A stretch of 64,000 nucleotides of DNA from positions 109,403 to 173,402 of the forward strand of contig JBEKBM010000001.1 in assembly GCA_050015395.1 (NCBI GenBank), in the 5' to 3' direction. The translations under genes and the position numbers were made by a program. The notes beneath the pieces are model-generated. The model was not told the DNA's origin. It ran no database searches and worked only from the letters and a program-made list of their open reading frames with translations. Below are positions 19,436 to 29,221 of this stretch, piece by piece. The stretch is from Candidatus Bathyarchaeia archaeon (GTDB lineage: Archaea; Thermoproteota; Bathyarchaeia; Bathyarchaeales; Bathycorpusculaceae). Each line of letters begins with the position of its first letter. Position 1 is the first letter of the stretch.

Positions 19436-21730
19436 TTAGCCATTAGCTTTAACCTTAAAGATGGCAACTTCATTGTTAATAAATACAAGGTTAAATGCGG
19501 GATCGTCAGCAAATTTGGGGTTTAATTCAAAATCGCGATTTGCAATGTAGGAAATTGAATATTCTTGTATAGCTGCTTGGTAATCGAACGTGGTCATAGG
19601 CAAAGCGACAGTTGGTTTTTGGGCGGTTTGAACATTATCGGTTAACGTTTGGTTGAGGCTTGCTTGGTTTTGTATTTCAGTTTCGGAAACTGGGTAGATT
19701 CCAACTAAAATTTGAATTTCTGCCGTAGTTTTGCCTTGTAAATTGTAGGATAATTCTGTAATGCATGGATTTTCTGAATTAAATGAGTAAATTTCTGGCT
19801 GATTTTCAACAAAAATTAATTGGCCACACTCCTTCATGCCAACGTCTAACATTGCAACCGTATTTTCACTTGGTTGTAGAAATTCGCCTTGGGAGTTTAA
19901 AATGAAATTAATCCAATCCAAGGAATCATTCTGATTGTTACTCTGGATTGCTATGGTCATATTTGCGAAGGTGACTCCTTTTGAGACGGTTAAAATTTCT
20001 GAGTAATTGAAGTCGCTGTTTCCTTTGTTAACGATAATTGATGGATTATTAGTTTGCGCGCCGACAAGTTGCATGTTAGTTACAGGTATCTGTGTTATGT
20101 CAGTGGATTGAACAGATTCACCATTCTGAGAAAGCAGAGTAATCTCGCTATCATTAAATTGAAAGAACGCGTAGGGGAAAGGGGTCCAGTTAAGGTCAGC
20201 TAAAAACTCGGGATTATGTCTACCAATGTATCCGCCGTCTTCCCTAACCTGAATGTAACCATTATCAATAATGTAATCCGTGTCAAGTAGATTAGCAGCA
20301 ACTGTGGCTACTGGCAACTCTTGGTCGACCGTTAAATATTGTGGGGAAACCGCGCTTAAAGTTGGCCGCTGAGCAAAGCCGCCAAGCCACCACCCGTAAA
20401 GAGCATCGGAAACAAACACTGAGCCAACTGTCGTGTTTTGCTTAGCCCACTCTACTGCTTGGTAGCCAGGATTATTCATAACTTGGTAGAAACTTTGAAT
20501 CGTGACGCCTTCCCAAGGAGTCAGAAAAAGTGGAAAGCCTAAGAGTAAGATAAGCAAAAAGCCCAATAAAAAGGTAGAATAAACTGTTTTATGGGTTATC
20601 CGAGTTAAGATTCTCGATCTTAGCTTGTTTACGGTCTTCTTTGTTTTCTGCATTTGGCTAGTTAAAGCACGGTAGGTATCTATTACATGCGCAAAGTATC
20701 CTGAGGCGTGATCAATCATCACAGCGAAGAGTATTATGACTGGTAAAACTAAGAAGTATAGAAACCGATTATAATCCACATAAAGCCCAAACATGAAGCC
20801 CTGTGTTAACACTAAAGGAACTAAAAGCCACATGATAAGAAGAAACACTGGAAGCGACAAAAATCGTCCTTTGTATTTTTTCGATAACAAAAAATACGGC
20901 AAAAGACAAGCAAAAAGCGCTAACACTATATCAAGAGGAACCACTCGCGTTGCAAGCAATGCTTGGTTAATTTCGGTAACTTCGGTAAATGATGAGTTAG
21001 CACTTAAATATGCGGGCACTGCATTTGCTAGAAAAGGCGAAACAAGGATGGCTCCGCCAAATAGTGGTAGCAACCAATAGAGGACATTTTTTCTTGATGT
21101 TCCGAACGTTTTAGGTGAGATCATTACACATAGCACAGTGCCCACTGTTATGCTAACGAAAACGGCGGCGCTTAAAGAGTGAGTTAAAAATATTGAGCCC
21201 ACTAAAATAGAGGTTGATAAGAGAAAAGGCGTTAGCGAAAACCTGTCTCTTTGAAGAAACAGGTAGAAAGTTAAAGGAATCAGAAGTAATGTGATTACGT
21301 TGGGGTAGCCTCCCCACATGAGCATTTCTATATCATAACTTGAGATTGCCACTAAAAACGCAACGATTAAAGCGGCTGATTCACTCCATACAGTTCGAGT
21401 TATCAAGTAAGCGCACAAAACAATAAGTGAAGAGAATAAAGCCACAATAATAGTCTGCGCCAGATAATCGGGCATTCCAGTCATAATTATTATTCCTGCT
21501 GCGAAAATGTGGTATCCTGGAAAAGTCAAGGACAAGCCTCCACCCATCTGGTAGAAATCCGATAGGAAATTTGTGTTGCCTGACTGTGTAATTGAGTTGA
21601 TGATGCTGGCGTGTAAGCCGATATCAGCGCCTGGCGGGAATGTTTGCCAAAGCATTAGAATTATACGGTAAATAAACGAGAAAGCGAAAATCAGCAATAG
21701 CAAGACATACTTTTTGGTTGCTTTGAACAT
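19436..21730 (-). CDS. Multi-pass membrane protein, GT-C (ArnT/PMT/AglB-like) architecture, paralog 1
   Basis: GADIGLH, TFPGYH, WGGYPN, THSLS, YNRFLYF, WAKQNT...DALYGWW...RPT. Same layout as the downstream gene. Confidence 0.65.
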   Translation of the reverse strand: MFKATKKYVLLLLIFAFSFIYRIILMLWQTFPPGADIGLHASIINSITQSGNTNFLSDFYQMGGGLSLTFPGYHIFAAGIIIMTGMPDYLAQTIIVALFSSLIVLCAYLITRTVWSESAALIVAFLVAISSYDIEMLMWGGYPNVITLLLIPLTFYLFLQRDRFSLTPFLLSTSILVGSIFLTHSLSAAVFVSITVGTVLCVMISPKTFGTSRKNVLYWLLPLFGGAILVSPFLANAVPAYLSANSSFTEVTEINQALLATRVVPLDIVLALFACLLPYFLLSKKYKGRFLSLPVFLLIMWLLVPLVLTQGFMFGLYVDYNRFLYFLVLPVIILFAVMIDHASGYFAHVIDTYRALTSQMQKTKKTVNKLRSRILTRITHKTVYSTFLLGFLLILLLGFPLFLTPWEGVTIQSFYQVMNNPGYQAVEWAKQNTTVGSVFVSDALYGWWLGGFAQRPTLSAVSPQYLTVDQELPVATVAANLLDTDYIIDNGYIQVREDGGYIGRHNPEFLADLNWTPFPYAFFQFNDSEITLLSQNGESVQSTDITQIPVTNMQLVGAQTNNPSIIVNKGNSDFNYSEILTVSKGVTFANMTIAIQSNNQNDSLDWINFILNSQGEFLQPSENTVAMLDVGMKECGQLIFVENQPEIYSFNSENPCITELSYNLQGKTTAEIQILVGIYPVSETEIQNQASLNQTLTDNVQTAQKPTVALPMTTFDYQAAIQEYSISYIANRDFELNPKFADDPAFNLVFINNEVAIFKVKANG

Positions 21731-21847
21731 TTATCCCCCGCCTTTCTGTAGTTATCCTTTCGCATTTGATGAAATTATTAGTCAAGCTTAAATATGAAAT
21801 TCGAGTATAAAAAGCCCAGAGTAATAAAAAGGAAAAAAGGTGTTTAA

Positions 21848-22276
21848 ATGTCATGGCTTAAATCTATGATGGAAAAAGAGCCTCCAGAACCAGAGAATCC
21901 ATTGGGGATAATCGTAATAGGCAACATTGAACCAGATATGCATGACACCGCAAAAGAAGCAGTTAGAAGGTCACTAAAACGCGCAGGATTCAAAACAATA
22001 GACGTTGGAAAAAGCGTAGCACCGCAAGTTTTCGTTGATAAAGCAAGAGAAAACAACGCGGACATAATTGCAATTTCAGTAAACACGGTACCTGCAAAAA
22101 ATAATCTGGCAAAACTAGATGAAGCATTGAAGGCAGCCGGATTAAAAGGCAAAATCGGAATAATCATGGGCGGCGCTGCAGTCAAAAAAGAAGATGCTGA
22201 CGCATTAGGCGCGCTGTTTGGTAAGAACAAGGAAGAGGCCCCCGAGTTAGCAAAGAAAGCTATGGGCAAGAAATAA
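21848..22276 (+). CDS. Stand-alone cobalamin (B12)-binding corrinoid protein
   Basis: IEPDMHDTAK (DxHxxG variant), AGFKTIDVG, IIAIS, IIMGGAAV. Confidence 0.85.
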   Translation: MSWLKSMMEKEPPEPENPLGIIVIGNIEPDMHDTAKEAVRRSLKRAGFKTIDVGKSVAPQVFVDKARENNADIIAISVNTVPAKNNLAKLDEALKAAGLKGKIGIIMGGAAVKKEDADALGALFGKNKEEAPELAKKAMGKK

Positions 22277-22295
22277 ATCCATCAGATGAGGAAAA

Positions 22296-23207
22296 ATGTC
22301 CTTTAAATTCAACACGAAACAAAATATCTACACTATAGGAAGAGCGAAAGTAGGCGGTCAGCCAGGGGAACTACCAACTTTTCTGATTGGTTCTATCTTT
22401 TGGCTAGGCCAGAAAATGGTTCAAGACGCAAACAAAGGCATTTTTGATGCGCAAGAGGCAGAAAAAATAATTAATACAATGCAAACTCAAAGTGACATTA
22501 CTGGTGTACAATTCGCTTTTGACATTGTTGGGACAACTGAGCTAGCTTTTGAGAAGTACATTGACTTCGTATCGAAGCACAGTGATGCACCACTGATGCT
22601 CGATGCTATGAGCCCTAAGACACGTATGGCAGCAGCTGTAATGGCTAAAAAAATGGGTCTTTCAGACAGATGCATATACAACTCAGTGTACAAAGGCGTC
22701 ACCGACGCTGAATTGGCGAATTTGAAGGAAAGCGGAGTCAAAATGTCCATAGTGCTTGCTGACAATCCAAAGGACAACAGCCTCGAAGGAAAGATGTCTG
22801 TTATAGAAGAAGCATTAGCATTAGCTGACAAAGGTGGAATCACAAAGCCTCTGATCGACACAGCAATTCCCGCATTCGCTCCAGACATGGGCACTGCTGT
22901 AAGGACCATACCCATAATGAAAGAGAAGTATGGTCACCCCGTAGGATTAGGCAGCGGAAACGTTGTCACAACCATGGGTTGGATTAAAGCGAACATTGCA
23001 AAAGAATTCAGAAAAGGATGCGTAACCGCCACCAACTCGATAATGCAAACAGCAGGCGCAAACTGGCTAATGATCGGACCCGCAGAACAAGCAGAATGGG
23101 TATTCCCAGCCGTTGCAGTAACTGACATATACATTGCATCAGCCGCAGCCGATCTTGAAACAAGACCACTAGAAGAAACCCACCCAATCTACAAGGCCTT
23201 CATGTAA
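22296..23207 (+). CDS. mtrH: Tetrahydromethanopterin S-methyltransferase subunit H family (MtrH/MtgA-like)
   Basis: KVGGQPGELPTFLIGSIF, IYNS, KPLIDTA, YGHPVGLGSGN, GANWLMIGP. Confidence 0.88.
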   Translation: MSFKFNTKQNIYTIGRAKVGGQPGELPTFLIGSIFWLGQKMVQDANKGIFDAQEAEKIINTMQTQSDITGVQFAFDIVGTTELAFEKYIDFVSKHSDAPLMLDAMSPKTRMAAAVMAKKMGLSDRCIYNSVYKGVTDAELANLKESGVKMSIVLADNPKDNSLEGKMSVIEEALALADKGGITKPLIDTAIPAFAPDMGTAVRTIPIMKEKYGHPVGLGSGNVVTTMGWIKANIAKEFRKGCVTATNSIMQTAGANWLMIGPAEQAEWVFPAVAVTDIYIASAAADLETRPLEETHPIYKAFM

Positions 23208-23254
23208 AACTCCTTCCTTTATTTTTTATTGTTAAATTTTTGAAGTGTTAAAAA

Positions 23255-23647
23255 CTGAAACCAGTTAGATGGCTTGAAATTATCGTTGGTTTTACAGTTT
23301 TAACCTTACTAGTAACTTATCTTATACCAAGCAACTCATTGCTTGCCGTTTTTCGTTACGTTTTCGGTTTTGTTTTTGTCGCATTTTTGCCGGGGTACTG
23401 TTTAGTTAATATTTTGTTTATGAATAGAAACAAGCTTGATTTCGTAGAAGAATTAGTGTTGTCGGTTGCGTTAAGCTTTGGCTTAGATGGGCTTGTAGGC
23501 TTATTCTTAGGTCTCTCACCTATCGGGATTAACTTCACTTCAATAACAATTTCGCTTAGTGCAGTAGTGTTAATTTTTGCTGTAATTGTTTTTATAAGAA
23601 GGTTAAGAGAGCTTCACGTGCAAACTCATCAAGAAGTAAGCGCCTGA
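23255..23647 (+). CDS. DUF1616-like small membrane protein
   Basis: FLPGYCLVNILF...LDFVEELVLSVALSF. The hydrophobic frame extends upstream of the listed TTG (23339) to a CTG at 23255 that follows an in-frame TAA. Confidence 0.65.
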   Translation: MKPVRWLEIIVGFTVLTLLVTYLIPSNSLLAVFRYVFGFVFVAFLPGYCLVNILFMNRNKLDFVEELVLSVALSFGLDGLVGLFLGLSPIGINFTSITISLSAVVLIFAVIVFIRRLRELHVQTHQEVSA

Positions 23648-23924
23648 GGTTTTACGGCGGAGATTCCGAAAGTTAAAAGCAGAAGTTTTTTCAGTTTCTG
23701 TGTTCCTTTTCAAGCAACAGTTCCAAGAAAAAAAGTAAATGTTAACACGAAGTTACCACATACATCCAACCTGTTTCTGTAGCTCCCACAACACAATTGG
23801 AAACTTATTGTTTCAACATTTTTCCATCTCAAACCCTCTTAACCCCTGTTTTCTCTACCAACTAAGAAAACAATATATTGTATCCAAACGTAGAAATCCA
23901 CCTGCAGAAGGGGAACACATCAAC

Positions 23925-25310
23925 ATGAAAATTACGCTAGTTAATCCTCCTTATCCGCCAAGCGTACACTCACATCCACCATTCATTCCGCTGGGCATTG
24001 CATATTTAGGTGCAGTTGCAGAAAAAGCAGGCCATGATGTCACAGTCGTCGACTGCCAAGCAGAAAAACTCACCTACGATGCCTTCCGCAGACGAATCAG
24101 CCAAGTCCCATCAGACGTTATCGGCGTAACAGCCACAACCTTGCTTTATAAATCTGCAATGCAGTTAATCAACATAGCCAAAGAAGTTCACCCAAATGCA
24201 GTAACGATGCTTGGCGGTTCACACGGCACCTTCTGGGACGAAAATGCCCTCAACGAATACTCAAGCTTAGATATAGTCGTGCGCAGGGAAGGCGAAACAA
24301 CCTTCATAGAACTCCTCGACAAGCTCCGAACAGAAAACAGCTTCGACGAAGTTTTAGGCATTACTTTTCGCAACAAAGAAGGCAAAATCAGCCGGAACCC
24401 AGACAGACCCTTCCTTGAAGACTTGGATGCTCTGCCTTTTCCAGCACACCATCTTCTGCCGCTTGACTCACTAAAACGAATGGGCAAAGTGCTTTTCCCC
24501 CTAATCACAAGCCGAGGCTGCGTTTACTGGTGTGACTTCTGCAGCACCGTCCGCATGTTCGGCAGAGGATACCGCATGCGCAGCCCCAAAAACGTCGTTG
24601 ACGAAATGGAAATTATCCACAACAAGTATGGTGTAAACCAAGTCACATTTTATGACGACGCCTTCACAGTCAACCGAGAACGAGTCGTGAAAATCTGTGA
24701 AGAACTCCACCAGAGAAAACTGAAGTTAATCTGGGACTGCGGAACACGCGTAGACATGGTAGATCGCGAACTCCTCAAAACCATGCAGGACGCAGGTTGC
24801 ATAGCCGTTTGGCTAGGAGTAGAATCAGGCTCCGAAGCCATCCTAACCGCCATGAATAAACGTATAAAGTTGGACCAGACACGCTTAGCATACAAAACCG
24901 CACATGACATTGGGTTAATGACTATAGCCAACACCGTACTGGGTTTCCCAGGCGAAACAGAGCAGACCGCACGAAAAACCATAAACTTCGTCAAAGAATT
25001 GAATCCTGATGATGTGGGCTTCTACGTCGCAACACCTTATCCCGGCACGCCAATGTACGATCAAGTCATCAAGAACGGATGGTTAAGAGTCACTGATTTC
25101 AACAAATACGACACCGCCACACCAACCTTTGAAACGCCATGGCTTAGCATCGAGAAACTAGCAGAAATCCGCTACAAAGCTTACCAAGAATTTTACTTAC
25201 GCCCAGGCTACGTTCTGAAGATGATGCGCAGAGGCGGAACCTACGGCATCTCAGCCGTGAAAACATCAGCTGCCTACGCATTAAGAGCCATGCACATCAA
25301 ACTCTCGTAG
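23925..25310 (+). CDS. Cobalamin-binding radical SAM protein (class B methyltransferase-like)
   Basis: MKITLVNPP...PLGIAYL B12 domain, GGSHGT, TSRGCVYWCDFC, GVESGS, TPYPGT. ATG at 23925 preferred over 23739. Confidence 0.9.
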   Translation: MKITLVNPPYPPSVHSHPPFIPLGIAYLGAVAEKAGHDVTVVDCQAEKLTYDAFRRRISQVPSDVIGVTATTLLYKSAMQLINIAKEVHPNAVTMLGGSHGTFWDENALNEYSSLDIVVRREGETTFIELLDKLRTENSFDEVLGITFRNKEGKISRNPDRPFLEDLDALPFPAHHLLPLDSLKRMGKVLFPLITSRGCVYWCDFCSTVRMFGRGYRMRSPKNVVDEMEIIHNKYGVNQVTFYDDAFTVNRERVVKICEELHQRKLKLIWDCGTRVDMVDRELLKTMQDAGCIAVWLGVESGSEAILTAMNKRIKLDQTRLAYKTAHDIGLMTIANTVLGFPGETEQTARKTINFVKELNPDDVGFYVATPYPGTPMYDQVIKNGWLRVTDFNKYDTATPTFETPWLSIEKLAEIRYKAYQEFYLRPGYVLKMMRRGGTYGISAVKTSAAYALRAMHIKLS

Positions 25311-25423
25311 CTCCGCCTCCATTATTTTATTTAAGTAAAATTTGGTGCTTTTTGTTGACGAATTTTGCCACAAATAGTAGGGTAGGTCTATCGGTAGGCA
25401 GTTTTAGGCAGGACTCGTTTTGG

Positions 25424-25457
25424 GTTGCTTTTAGTGTTCAGGGCTTGAAATGTTTGC
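25424..25457 (-). repeat. Inverted copy of the short repeat at 12673-12707
   Basis: Shared core gcaaaca.ttcaagccctgaac...aaaagcaa. Confidence 0.6.
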
Positions 25458-25649
25458 TGGTTAAGTGTCTTGGATGTCTTTTTCCGTTTTTTTACTTTTC
25501 GGGCTTTCCCGAATACGTGTGACCTTCTGGGGCTGCGTCCAACTGTCGCCGCCTCTAAAAAGTTAAGTATAAGGTAAAAGCAAGAACACATATACCCTGA
25601 GAACCGCTTTTTCTATTAGTGACAGAAGAAAAAGGAGGATGTACCGCTT

Positions 25650-25913
25650 TTGGCGAAAACCGTGAATCTAGCCATCGATGCCCCAAAAATCGTTACTCAG
25701 ATTGCCGAGCGATACGACTTGAATTTGCCCTCAAAAATAGTGATGTTTCACTACGATGATTCGGCAGATATTCTTTACGTACATTTTGAGTACCCCGCAA
25801 AAAGTGTTGACAGCAAAATCGTAGACAAATACGGTGAAATCGTTTTAGGGCTCAACAGCAAGAGGAAAATAGTTAACCTGACAATAATAAACGCAGCAAT
25901 ATACAAAGGGTAG
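25650..25913 (+). CDS. DUF2283-like protein
   Basis: HYDDSADILYVHF...IVLGLNSKRKIVNLTIINA. Confidence 0.7.
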   Translation: MAKTVNLAIDAPKIVTQIAERYDLNLPSKIVMFHYDDSADILYVHFEYPAKSVDSKIVDKYGEIVLGLNSKRKIVNLTIINAAIYKG

Positions 25914-25990
25914 GAATAGCAAAAAATAAGTAACCTTTCATCGTTAGTAGCAGCCAAGCGTTAGATAGAATCCTCCTTATAGCCGCAGCC

Positions 25991-26272
25991 TCATTTTTTT
26001 CTTAAGACGTGAGCATGATAAACAAAGACATGAGTATCAAACACTCGTATCTTAATTAGAATTGTTAGAGGTTTTATGCCGATGGTATCGTTGGTGTAAA
26101 TCAGGAAACGAGATTGATCAGACTTATCAGGGATCCATTCATTGTATCGGATTTGGCTTTCAACCCATTCCCTGCTGGCAAAGCTTCTATGTTTTGCAAT
26201 CCATGTTCTGACCTGAGGACCTAATTCTATTTGTCCAGTGAAGATTCGTTTTTTCGGCTGGAAGAAAGCCAT
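25991..26272 (-). CDS. Small basic hypothetical protein (possible RelE/BrnT/DUF4258-like fold)
   Basis: 93-aa ORF with a beta-rich C-terminus ending VFVYHAHV; adjacent to DUF2283. Confidence 0.5.
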   Translation of the reverse strand: MAFFQPKKRIFTGQIELGPQVRTWIAKHRSFASREWVESQIRYNEWIPDKSDQSRFLIYTNDTIGIKPLTILIKIRVFDTHVFVYHAHVLRKK

Positions 26273-26401
26273 GTGGTTCTTTTTGTGGGTTTCTAGTATT
26301 TATCACTTAATTGTTTTGGAATATTCCAAAAAACTTATACCTTAAAAGCTCCTTTAATAATGCTATACGGTTAAGTACTGTTGATTTAAACCAAGGGTTA
26401 G

Positions 26402-26962
26402 ATGCAAGTTATGCAGGAATTAACTAGAAACAGAAGAGGGGTCGAATCAGACAAAGCCTTACTAGATGTCATAAAAGATTACCCTGGGCTTTCTCAGTAC
26501 GAACTCACAAAGAAGCTTAATTGGCAAAGCGGACGGGTTGATGGTGCCATTAGAAGACTATTCAACCAGAACCAGATCGTAATCAAGAGCATTGAGAGGA
26601 CTGGTAGACGGGTGAATCTTATTTACCCAAAAGACACCAAACCCCCCGACATAATTGAAGTACCAGAAAATCTATTCCAATTTGAAAATGGGCAATGGCT
26701 CGACTGCGCATTTGTCTATGCACTAGACAGCACCACGATTGGAATAGCAGGCTGCGAAATACCAGAATGGAAAGAGTTCGCCTCCTTTACGGTAGAAATT
26801 CCAATAAAAAGACAAGAAGGAAAAATAGTTTTGCAGATTCCAGAGAAATTCAGCGGCTTTTATGGCATCGGCAGAAGGCACATAGCTGTTTCTGTCAATG
26901 GAAACGCTGTTCTAATAACAATCTCAGGAAACATCGTTGAAGAAAAGAAATATCCTGCCTGA
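26402..26962 (+). CDS. Winged-HTH protein with a C-terminal AbrB-like beta region
   Basis: IKDYPGLSQYELTKKLNWQSGRVDGAIRRL; C-terminal GKIVLQIPEKF...VSVNGNAVLI. Confidence 0.65.
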   Translation: MQVMQELTRNRRGVESDKALLDVIKDYPGLSQYELTKKLNWQSGRVDGAIRRLFNQNQIVIKSIERTGRRVNLIYPKDTKPPDIIEVPENLFQFENGQWLDCAFVYALDSTTIGIAGCEIPEWKEFASFTVEIPIKRQEGKIVLQIPEKFSGFYGIGRRHIAVSVNGNAVLITISGNIVEEKKYPA

Positions 26963-27000
26963 TTAAACAAAGCACAAAAATTAATAAGAAGTGTGGGATG

Positions 27001-27906
27001 CTATGCTTTTAGCATCTTTTCCCATCGGTTGAAGAGTTCTAGGACTTCGTCGCCGCCGTGACCTTTGAGGAATTCTCGTGTTTCTTTGTCTGCGACCGCG
27101 TTCTTTTGGAACTCTTGTATCCATTGGGCTTTTTCTGCTAGGAAGATTATGCCGTCTATGCCTGTTCTTGCTGCGCGTGTGGCTACTGTCATTATTTGTT
27201 TAGTTGGTGCCACGGTGTCCCAAGTCTCGTTTGGACCTCGGACGTAGAAGTTTACGAACACTGGCTTCTTTAGGAAGCTTTTGTAGCCTCTTGCGATGGT
27301 TTCCCAGTACCATGGGGTTGGATAAGCCTTGCTGAACATGGGTATAACGAAGTAGTCAGCGTATTCTGCCATGGCTTCGAAGTCGTAGCCGAAGCGTGCT
27401 TTGCCAAGCAACGGGTCAGGCAGGCAATTAACGAATAAGGGCTTGTTTTTGACGACGTCTCGGACTTCTTTGAGGAATTCTGTTACGGTTTTTGCTCTCC
27501 AATCCACCCAGTTCAAGCCGCTTTGGCGCCACTGTTCAACGCATCGTGGGCAGACGCAGAAGTCGCGTTCAGCAAAGTGTTGGCTGCTGATGCTTATTCC
27601 CGGCGTGGTTTTGGCGCAGTCAGCGATTAGTTTAAGGTTGTACTCTCGAACCTCAGGGTTAGTCATGCATAGAACATCCCAGCGCAAATTGTACTTCTTG
27701 TTCGTGCGGAGAGCAGGACCATCCTTAGAGATTGATATCAATTCGGGACGCTTCGCTGCTAAGGCGTTATCGCCAAAGCATGCGATGTTAGTGTACATTT
27801 TAGGGTTTGGTTTCCCCACGGTTCCTGATTCTGGTTTAATGCGGTAGAAGTTATAATCGACGCCTTCAACAGGTTCAGGTTGGTAAAGAAATACGCCGAA
27901 TTTCAA
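27001..27906 (-). CDS. Uncharacterised TIM-barrel-like protein with CxCxxC motif, paralog A
   Basis: LCMTNPEVRE, HFAERDFCVCPRC, WRAKTVTEF, PDPLLGKARFG. Clear paralog of 29511-30395. Confidence 0.75.
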   Translation of the reverse strand: MKFGVFLYQPEPVEGVDYNFYRIKPESGTVGKPNPKMYTNIACFGDNALAAKRPELISISKDGPALRTNKKYNLRWDVLCMTNPEVREYNLKLIADCAKTTPGISISSQHFAERDFCVCPRCVEQWRQSGLNWVDWRAKTVTEFLKEVRDVVKNKPLFVNCLPDPLLGKARFGYDFEAMAEYADYFVIPMFSKAYPTPWYWETIARGYKSFLKKPVFVNFYVRGPNETWDTVAPTKQIMTVATRAARTGIDGIIFLAEKAQWIQEFQKNAVADKETREFLKGHGGDEVLELFNRWEKMLKA

Positions 27907-28050
27907 GTTTGATACACCATTCTAACATTTGTTTTATAACCGAATAAAAGTGCAAGTTATTTAAGTCTTTTCAGTTAGCCGCCATACCGGCAGGTTTTTT
28001 TAAAGATTGAGAAATCCTCAGCTACGCGGTCGCCCAAATCTGCTTCTGCG

Positions 28051-28083
28051 AAGTGTATATCAAAGTGTATATCAAACTGTATA
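28051..28083. repeat. 12-bp tandem repeat aagtgtatatca (2 full copies + 1 partial)
   Basis: aagtgtatatca aagtgtatatca aactgtata. Confidence 0.75.
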
Positions 28084-28165
28084 AGCTTTCAGACCACGGT
28101 CAATAGGTAGTCTACACACGTATATGTCGACCACCGAGAAAACTTCAGAACTCCTGCATCTACTG

Positions 28166-29212
28166 TTAATCCTTAGAAAACGCTTCTTTCACAATTTTGA
28201 TCAATGCATGCTTAAGAAAAGGCGGCAGATCAACCGAATCATAACCTGGCACTTTAGAGCAATCCAACTGGGAGCGGGCAAGGTTGCCAAAGCATTTACT
28301 TAACTCAACTGCATCCCCAAGCTCGGCAGGGAACAGGTTCTTTTTAAAGTCATCATCTAGCTTCGCCGCGGCTAACAAATAAGCACTAGCAAGAGGCTTA
28401 TTTTTTAAAATCTCAGCCAAAGCCTTCTCATCGACAGCTATACCTTTGACTTTGGATAGTTCAGCAGCTAGTTTCTCCAGCGGAAGATGCCTTTCTTTAA
28501 GTCTATCTAAAACGGTTCGGCATGCCCAAATTGGCTCTTGCTTGATTAGGGCTTCACTAACGGCGTTCCTTGTGCAATACCCGACCAACTTGCCGAGTTT
28601 TGATGCTGGACCGCCATAACTGATTGTTTTGCCTTGGCTTGTTGAGGCTATGGTTACGCTGTCAGTTATTGAGCCTGTAGCTGAGTCACCAGTGTACCTG
28701 CTTCGGACGTCAAAATCCCTCAGCGCTGCCGTCTTCGCTTCCGTGGCGGTAATTAGCGAAGCGACCATGCAGCTTTCCGTTGGGTTCCCGTCGATTAAGA
28801 CGATAATGTTAATGGTGCCTACGATTTCTTGAACATCCATCTCTTCGCCTGAAGATTCACCGTGCGAGCAGCCTGCGGTAGCGGCAACGCTGACTGAAAA
28901 ATCACCCGTTTTCTTGGATACTAAACTGTAGTTAGTAATTTTTGCAGCGGTGACCATGGCAAGATAATCTTTGGTTAATCCAAGCTTCGCCGCCGATGAA
29001 GTGATAAGTTCCAGCGGGTCAAGGTGCAAGGAACGGTCATTATACCCTTCCGGCACGCCTACATTGAGGACAGCTTTAACCTGTTTGCTCCCGCCATTAT
29101 AAATTGCTGAACTTATAGTCATTAAAGCTTTATCCGAAAATACGGCTAGCACATTGTCTTTGATGATTAATTTAGCGCTGTCTGCAAGGTTAAACTGTTC
29201 CATGCCAGCCAC
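28166..29212 (-). CDS. cbiZ: Adenosylcobinamide amidohydrolase
   Basis: ISSAIYNGG, MVTAA, ATAG, GTINIIV, TATEAKT, ATGSITD, GGPASKLG. Confidence 0.88.
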   Translation of the reverse strand: MAGMEQFNLADSAKLIIKDNVLAVFSDKALMTISSAIYNGGSKQVKAVLNVGVPEGYNDRSLHLDPLELITSSAAKLGLTKDYLAMVTAAKITNYSLVSKKTGDFSVSVAATAGCSHGESSGEEMDVQEIVGTINIIVLIDGNPTESCMVASLITATEAKTAALRDFDVRSRYTGDSATGSITDSVTIASTSQGKTISYGGPASKLGKLVGYCTRNAVSEALIKQEPIWACRTVLDRLKERHLPLEKLAAELSKVKGIAVDEKALAEILKNKPLASAYLLAAAKLDDDFKKNLFPAELGDAVELSKCFGNLARSQLDCSKVPGYDSVDLPPFLKHALIKIVKEAFSKD

Positions 29213-29221
29213 CCCTCGTAA

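Noticed and set aside
21844-22269. Numerous antisense ORFs of 60-190 aa overlapping recognised genes
   Set aside because: These are shadow frames of well-supported genes and show no motifs.
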